Origin: Octopus bimaculoides
Lineage: Eukaryota
DNA: 41,773 bases
Assembly (NCBI RefSeq): GCF_001194135.2
Contig: NC_068984.1
Span: 81,011,873 to 81,053,645, forward strand
Reading direction: 5' to 3'
Made by a program: the position numbers and the translations under genes. Under the pieces are notes generated by a model that was not told the DNA's origin, ran no database searches, and saw only the letters and a list, made by a program, of their open reading frames with translations. Positions 35,128 to 41,773 of this stretch are shown piece after piece (the first letter of the stretch is position 1; each line of letters opens with the position of its first letter).

Positions 35128-36032
35128 GGGTGATTGAAAAGTAACTCTCTATTTTAAAATACTCATAATTTATTTATTGACTATAATTTTTTTCTCAAAT
35201 TTGTTGTGTATGTTCTTTAATGTATGGGAATTGATTCAATGTTGCTTATTTTCTTCTTTTTTTTTTTCAGATCGATTATTTTGTTTGAAATTTAGCAGCC
35301 CTACAAACATGGTCTGATCTCTTTAGAAATATCATCTGGAGTGTTGAAGCGGTATTTCACTTCGGTGGATTTGTGAACCGTCACAACTGCCCCTAATGGG
35401 CAGGAGAAGATCCTCGTATTACTTCTGGAGAAAATGCAGAATCGGCCCAAGGTAACGTGAAATGACTTCGGACAGGATTGTGGGTCTTTTCATTCTTTGC
35501 AATATCTGAATGCTGAAAGGTACCTCACCATCCTGCAAGATGAAATCTGGTCTGTTATCAGTACTTAGGAGAATATTGAAGATTTAATTTTTATGCAAGA
35601 TGGCGCTCCTCCACATTTTGCTATTGTTGATCGTGAATGGCTGAATGAATGCCCACTTCCATGGGAGATGAATGGGTCGTCGAGGTTTGCATGATTGGCC
35701 GGCCTGAAGCTCTGATTTAACACCCAGCGCCTTTCTTCTTTGGGGTTGGTTAAAGGAGCTAGTCTACTCTGCCAAACCAACGACTTTGGAAGAACTTAAA
35801 GGGCGAATACGAGAAGTTGTGTCTTCCCTCCCACAAGAGTTCCTTAGGAAATCAGTTAATGCGGTTCCCGGGCAGCTTGAGAAGCTGGTGACGAATGCTG
35901 GTGCCTATATCGAATTTTGAATAAAAACTCCATGCTATACGCTTTCTTCACATATTCGTTTTTTCTAATAATTATAGTTCATAAATAAATTATAACTATA
36001 TTAAAATAGGAAGTTACTTTTCAATCACCCTG
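35128..36032 (+). mobile_element. Defective Tc1/mariner element, DD41D type
   Basis: About 60-bp TIRs (gggtgattgaaaagtaact...; the left end abuts a gap) and TA at 36033-36034. Coding remnant 35331-35920: IIWSVEAVFH.GGFVNRHNC, MQDGAPPHFA, DWPA*SSDLTPSAF. There are 41 residues between the second and third catalytic positions after removing a 4-bp duplication. First and third D are mutated. Confidence 0.85.
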
Positions 36033-36043
36033 TAGATATACAG

Positions 36044-36852
36044 GCGGAGGCGTGGCTGTGTGGTTAGTAGCTTCTACCACCTCAGTAGTAAGATCAGGCT
36101 GGAGAAGAGGTACCTGTCACGAGACAGATTCATGAGAAGATGGAAGCCTGTGGCGAGGAAGCTGAGAGTGTTTGGCACCAGGTAAGTGGAAGCCAAAAAC
36201 AAGGGAAAGAAAAAGCAAGGGGTCTACCCTGGTGGTCGGATGCCTATCCTTCAGGAAAACCATTACAAATTACATCTGTAATGAGCACTGCTTTAATCGA
36301 AATATAATCAAATTATTATTGTATATCTAAAATTGTAAATATTTAATCGATACAACTACTTCACCCCTTTTATGTTTGTCTGTCCTTGTTCGTCCCCTCT
36401 TTGTAATGCCTTTATGGCAAATACTTATGAAATATAGTAGCTTCCTTCCGACTACATGGCTTCAGGTTCAATCCAACTGCAGGGAACCTCAGGCAAGTGT
36501 CTTCTACTATAACCTCGGGCCGACTATAGCCTTGTGAGTGGATTTAGTAGAAGGAAAATGAAAGAAGCCTGTCGTATGTGCGTGTGTGTGTGTGAGCGTG
36601 CGTGCGTGCGAGTGTGAGTGTGTTAGTGTGCGCGCGCGTATTTTTATGTCAGTGATTGTCCCTCACCACCGCTTGAAAACGGGTGCTGGTTTGTTCATGT
36701 CAGCGTAACTTAACGGTCTGAGAAAAAGAGACCAATAGAATAAGTATCAGGCTTAAAAGAACAAGTACCGGGGTCGATTCATATGAGTAAAATTTCTTCA
36801 AGGCGGTTCCCCAGCTTGGACGCTGTCTAATGACTGAAACAGGTAAAAGATA
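36044..36852 (+). mobile_element. SINE family B split by a LINE insertion
   Basis: Head at 36044-36074 resumes at 36435 and continues colinearly to the tail at 36852. Confidence 0.85.
36075..36434 (+). mobile_element. 5'-truncated Tx1/L1-like LINE 3' end with 10-bp TSD
   Basis: TSD tagtagcttc at 36065-36074 and 36435-36444. Frame 36075-36185 reads YHLSSKIRLEKRYLSRDRFMRRWKPVARKLRVFGTR*, resembling Tx1-clade ORF2 C-termini (recognition, not a search). Confidence 0.65.
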
Positions 36853-37513
36853 NNNNNNNNNNNNNNNNNNNNNNNNNNNNNNNNNNNNNNNNNNNNNNNN
36901 NNNNNNNNNNNNNNNNNNNNNNNNNNNNNNNNNNNNNNNNNNNNNNNNNNNNNNNNNNNNNNNNNNNNNNNNNNNNNNNNNNNNNNNNNNNNNNNNNNNN
37001 NNNNNNNNNNNNNNNNNNNNNNNNNNNNNNNNNNNNNNNNNNNNNNNNNNNNNNNNNNNNNNNNNNNNNNNNNNNNNNNNNNNNNNNNNNNNNNNNNNNN
37101 NNNNNNNNNNNNNNNNNNNNNNNNNNNNNNNNNNNNNNNNNNNNNNNNNNNNNNNNNNNNNNNNNNNNNNNNNNNNNNNNNNNNNNNNNNNNNNNNNNNN
37201 NNNNNNNNNNNNNNNNNNNNNNNNNNNNNNNNNNNNNNNNNNNNNNNNNNNNNNNNNNNNNNNNNNNNNNNNNNNNNNNNNNNNNNNNNNNNNNNNNNNN
37301 NNNNNNNNNNNNNNNNNNNNNNNNNNNNNNNNNNNNNNNNNNNNNNNNNNNNNNNNNNNNNNNNNNNNNNNNNNNNNNNNNNNNNNNNNNNNNNNNNNNN
37401 NNNNNNNNNNNNNNNNNNNNNNNNNNNNNNNNNNNNNNNNNNNNNNNNNNNNNNNNNNNNNNNNNNNNNNNNNNNNNNNNNNNNNNNNNNNNNNNNNNNN
37501 NNNNNNNNNNNNN

Positions 37514-37547
<34 letters not shown>

Positions 37548-37562
37548 GTGTGTGTGTGTTTT

Positions 37563-37940
37563 ATTTTTTACTTGTTTCAGTCATTAGGCTACGGTCATGC
37601 TGGGACACTGCCTTGAAGAATTTTAGTCGAGTGAATCAACCCACACTTCAAGTACTTTTTTTAAAATGCCCGGTACTTATTCTATCGAGCATTATTGTCG
37701 AACCTCCATGTTACGGGGACGTAAACACACCAACACTGGTTATCAAGCGATGTTGGGGAGGACAAACACAGACACAAAGATACACAAATATACATATATA
37801 CATATATTCGACGAGATTCTTTCAGTTTCCGTCTACCAAATCACCAAATCCACTCACAATGATTTGGTTGATCCAAAGCTGTAGCAAAAGACTCTTGCCC
37901 AAAGTGCTACGCAATGGGACTGGACCCCGAATCATGTGGT
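37563..37940 (-). mobile_element. SINE family B, near full length
   Basis: Aligns with 11821-12200. Confidence 0.85.
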
Positions 37941-37944
37941 TTTC

Positions 37945-39158
37945 TGTACTTCTTTGTGTTAGTACTTTTATATATTGTTCATTTCATATATTTTGGGGAC
38001 AAATTTTTTTGTTGACCAGTGTTATTCTTATCGTAGTTTATAAATCCAAACAGGAAAGCGTTACTTTGGAGTTTTGGAGACCGACGTCTCCTTCCCCACC
38101 CCATATGTACTTATATATTTAATGATGTACACAAATTCATGACAGGTATACATAATACTGAAATACGTATAAAGTAAACACATGCAGATAAATATATTAA
38201 TATAACAGATTAAAAACAAATACTAAAAACATACAATCAATGAAGAGACAAAAGAAACAGTAAGATGATACATGTTGATTCTATTAGGTATTTCTGTTTA
38301 TTTAGAAACCTACAATGAACAGGTCATTTCAGAGACGCGAAACTATAAATTTCACAGGATACAACATTAAAGTTGACACAGCTCCGCTAAACACAGAAAA
38401 TTTCTCTCTCGCTATTGGCTAAATAATACACAGTTTGGATCTAGTCTTTCTCATTCGCAAAATGAGCCCCTCTTAATTTTGCTCATATTGCATCCAATTT
38501 TGGTGTATCGAGACAACTCTGAATTTTGATTACAATCAACCAATTACTTTATCTCGTAAATTAAAGAATCTGATGTTACTTGGAATTAAAGCTGGAAAAT
38601 TTGGGTAATTTTAGCCAATCAACAGACAGCATGGCATTAGCAGCTTGTTACCATGACAACCCGCACGCTGTGTTGTGGTTCACTGCTGTTTGTGTCGCTG
38701 TTGTCTATGTTGAATTCACCCGCGTGTTTTGTTTTAGTGTTAGCATATTACATATTTTTCTGTGCTTCTGTGTGTTAGTATTTTTACATATTTTTCATTT
38801 CATATATTTTTGGGACTCACTGACTCAGATAGCTGGATTTATGATTTCACTAGGTTAATCCTATTCATAAAAATTTTAATTAGGAGTATTTATTGAACCG
38901 TTAGCTTCACATTTCAACAGCTTAACTGAAATTTAGCACGTTACCGGAACTAAGAGGGATATTGTGGAACAGAGAAACTGTGGGTGATACAGATAATTTG
39001 ACATTATTTTTGAATTCTGCATGCAAAAACGTATAAGATGCAGGTATTCTTTTCCTTGAGACAAATTCTTTATTGACCAATGTTAATCTTATCGTAGTTT
39101 ACAAATCCAAGCATGAAAACGTTACTCAACTTTGGAGTTTTGGAGACAGATACCCCCT

Positions 39159-39216
<58 letters not shown>

Positions 39217-39893
39217 ATGGCAGGAATACATAATTATGAAGTACGTCTTAAGTAAACACATGGAGACAAATATATTAATATAATACATCTTTTTTAAATG
39301 ATTAAAACCTACAATCAATGAAAAGACAAAAACAGTAAGATTATACATGTTGATTTTATTAGGTATTTCTGTTTATTTAGAAACCTGCAATGAACAGGTC
39401 AGACGCTAAACTATAAATTTCACAGGATATAGCCTTAAAGTTGGCACCGCTCCACTAAACGCAGAAAAATTCTGTCTGAATATTGGCTAAAAATACAGTT
39501 TGTTTTTCGATTTTTCAACCTCTGTAACTTTTTTTCTCCACAACATCATACCTTCAAAGCAATGAGACTGAAAGGCTACATTATTATAGCCGATTTTCCT
39601 TTTTTTTTTACTGCTTTTTAAAAAAATGCATATTTTGAGAATGAAAAAACTAGATCCCACAGTTTTTTCGATTTTTAAACCTCTATAACTTTTTCCTCCA
39701 AATTTTTTCTCCACAACCTCATACCTTCGTAGCAATAAGATTGGAAAACTACATTATTATAGCCAATTTTCAGATTTTTTACTTTCTTTTAAAAAGTAGT
39801 TTAGCGTCTGATTTGTTCATTGCAGGTTTCTAAATAAACAGAAAGACCTGATTTTAAAAAATGCATATTTTGTGAATCAGTTTAACTAAATCT
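37945..39893. mobile_element. Older, left-truncated GGATC-family element hosting a nested copy
   Basis: 37945-38436 plus 39658-39893 align colinearly with 38760-39657. The degenerate right end aactaaatct (39884-39893) corresponds to aactagatcc. Confidence 0.7.
38437..39657. mobile_element. 1.2-kb non-autonomous Merlin-like element
   Basis: About 28-bp TIRs ggatctagt.ttt.cattc.caaaat. Perfect 8-bp TSD cacagttt at 38429-38436 and 39658-39665. Confidence 0.9.
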
Positions 39894-40629
39894 CTTTTAC
39901 CGATATACCGGGAAGAAAATAGGTGGTTTGCATAACAATCAACCTTTTCGTTTTTCTTTGTGGTTTCTCATGTAACTAGCGTCCGGTTTTTCAAACTAAG
40001 CATGTGCCCAGGGCCTTAAGATTACTTGGAGATACAAGGCACGTTATAAAATCCTGTCTAGCCACGTGTCTTAATGGCAAGAAACTATTAGTAACTCGTA
40101 AATACAGTGTACATTAAATAATACACACATACACACGCACATATATGTATACACACACATACAAACATATATGTATACACACACACACGTGTGTGTGAGT
40201 GTGTGTGTGTGTGTAAACAGACTATGTGTATACTTAGCTTTTATTTTGTATTCATGCAATAAGAAAAATATATCACCGAAAACAGTTTAGAGGCCATCAC
40301 GAAGTAACTACGTTCACATGAGAAGGAAGGGTGGTTGGTTGGCTGGTTGGGTGGTTGGTTATTATCCGCCATACATACTGGACACTTATAATGTTCCTTT
40401 TTTCCCCCTTCTTTTGATTTTTTTTGTTTTTTGTTTTCTTTTTACTAAATTCTCTCTTTATCAATGAAGCGGGGGATTGGGACTCAAAAGGTCACTGGAG
40501 ATTGGTTTTCACTAATGTTGCTGAGAGGGAGTGGAGGGGCGGTTAAGTATAACAGTAATGGTCGCTTGAATTTGAAGTTGAGTGGCTCCTAAAGGGAATT
40601 TATAGAGCCTCCGCTCACACCCTCAACCG

Positions 40630-40920
40630 AAAGTAAGTGCATGGCAGCTGAACAACAACAACAACAACAAATACAGCGATAACTACTACTACCCCTGCCA
40701 CCACAATTGCTGTTGCTCCCACTACTACTACTACTACTAGCACCACCCACCACCATCACCATCACTGTTACCACAACTGCCACCACCATCACCACCAGAA
40801 TCATCTCCCCACCACCACTACTACTACTACATCACCACCACTATCAATACTACTATTAAAAATACCAGTACTACTGCTGCTGCTACAACTACTACTCTTA
40901 CTACCACCACCATCACCACA
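40630..40920. repeat. (CAA)/(CTA)/(CAC) trinucleotide tract
   Basis: Direct inspection. Confidence 0.9.
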
Positions 40921-40984
40921 GTAAATGCTAAAGTGGGGTTAGAAGGTCATGTCATCCTGACTCGTGGTTTAATTATACCAGAAT

Positions 40985-41060
40985 CGAGCCACCGAGGGAG
41001 CCTTTACATCCATAGTCATTCAACCTGCTAGAGATGACAGGAAAATCACACTCTAACATA
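40985..41060 (+). repeat. Copy of a short dispersed repeat (cattcaacctgctagaaatagcagccaaatc type)
   Basis: Related stretches occur at about 6365-6405, 10128-10170, 15455-15510 (-), 22376-22430, 27300-27340 (-) and 27595-27625 (-). Confidence 0.55.
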
Positions 41061-41773
41061 GCATTCCCCAACATTTTCACTACTACTAAGAACCCCTTTT
41101 ATTTAAGGAAATTTTCCCACGGACCCATTTCTTTTTAGGGGATGTGGTACTGGAGAGGAAGGTTTATCTACTTAATAAGCCCATTTTATTTACTAATAAC
41201 AAACTCGTTTTATCTAGTTTCAGATCTCAGTAAAAAAAATATACGTAAACTGAATAATGCTATATCGATGAGTAATTATTCATTTTACGCTGTTGCAACA
41301 TTATAAAACTTTGAACAGAGCTCATGGACAGCAAGTACGACCTTGGTAGATTAGCAGAGCTGAGGGGACTGTAGATCCCAGGTTAGAAACCGTTGCTATA
41401 ACACCTCAAAAGACGCGTCGCATAATACGATTCTGTATATATATATATATGCGAGTAAAAATAAATACAAAAAAGGTGGTTTTTTTGTATGATTGTGTAT
41501 AGAGGAATATATTATTTTGTTTAAAAGAGTTCCAACACTGTCTGTTTTTTATGTTTTATTTATATTCCTGCAGAACTAATGTGGGGTATAGAATATGGAA
41601 TATACAATATATAATATAATATACAATATACAGTTTAAAATAAAATAAAATAAAAATGGATGGCACCATGAAAGAAAGTATTGAATGTAGATGAAATATT
41701 GAGTGTTCAATATAAAGGATCAAATATATAAATATATAAATATAAATATATAAAGGCGACTCGAGTTTCAGGG

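Noticed and set aside
526-37547. All ORFs over 200 aa in the track
   Set aside because: They are open only because they span N-gaps or microsatellites, and they have no coding content.
39361-39849. MULE-like MITE with 55-bp TIRs around two tandem units
   Set aside because: The perfect 8-bp TSD and TIRs of 38437-39657 explain the apparent tandem as inner and outer copies of one family. The second arm is better read as a templated insertion.

Overview
This is AT-rich eukaryotic, non-coding DNA from a gapped draft assembly, with ten N-runs. The SINE families and microsatellite load are characteristic of an octopod cephalopod (Octopus); this taxon call is inference from repeat recognition. I cannot support any intact host gene, rRNA, canonical tRNA or CRISPR array. 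All long ORFs in the track are artefacts of N-gaps or microsatellites. The window is a layered transposon deposit. It holds about 25 tRNA-derived SINE copies (three informal families A, B, C) and decayed LINE fragments (RTE 3' end, R4/Dong-like RT, Tx1/L1-like 3' end, Penelope-like LTR). It also holds a mariner derivative, a DD41D Tc1/mariner derivative, and at least six non-autonomous elements with GGAT(C) termini, three with perfect 8-bp TSDs (Merlin/IS1016-like). The most interesting signals are: (1) the GGATC/8-bp-TSD group, with TIR swapping around a shared telomere-like body, a self-nested insertion and an X-box plus CCAAT module; (2) a Tx1-like 3' end that shares its tail with SINE A and sits, with a 10-bp TSD, in a SINE tRNA head; (3) a ~270-bp unit containing a tRNA-like cloverleaf, arranged in tandem and inverted; (4) a mariner with two 5' ends; (5) a hammerhead-like motif with a non-canonical core.
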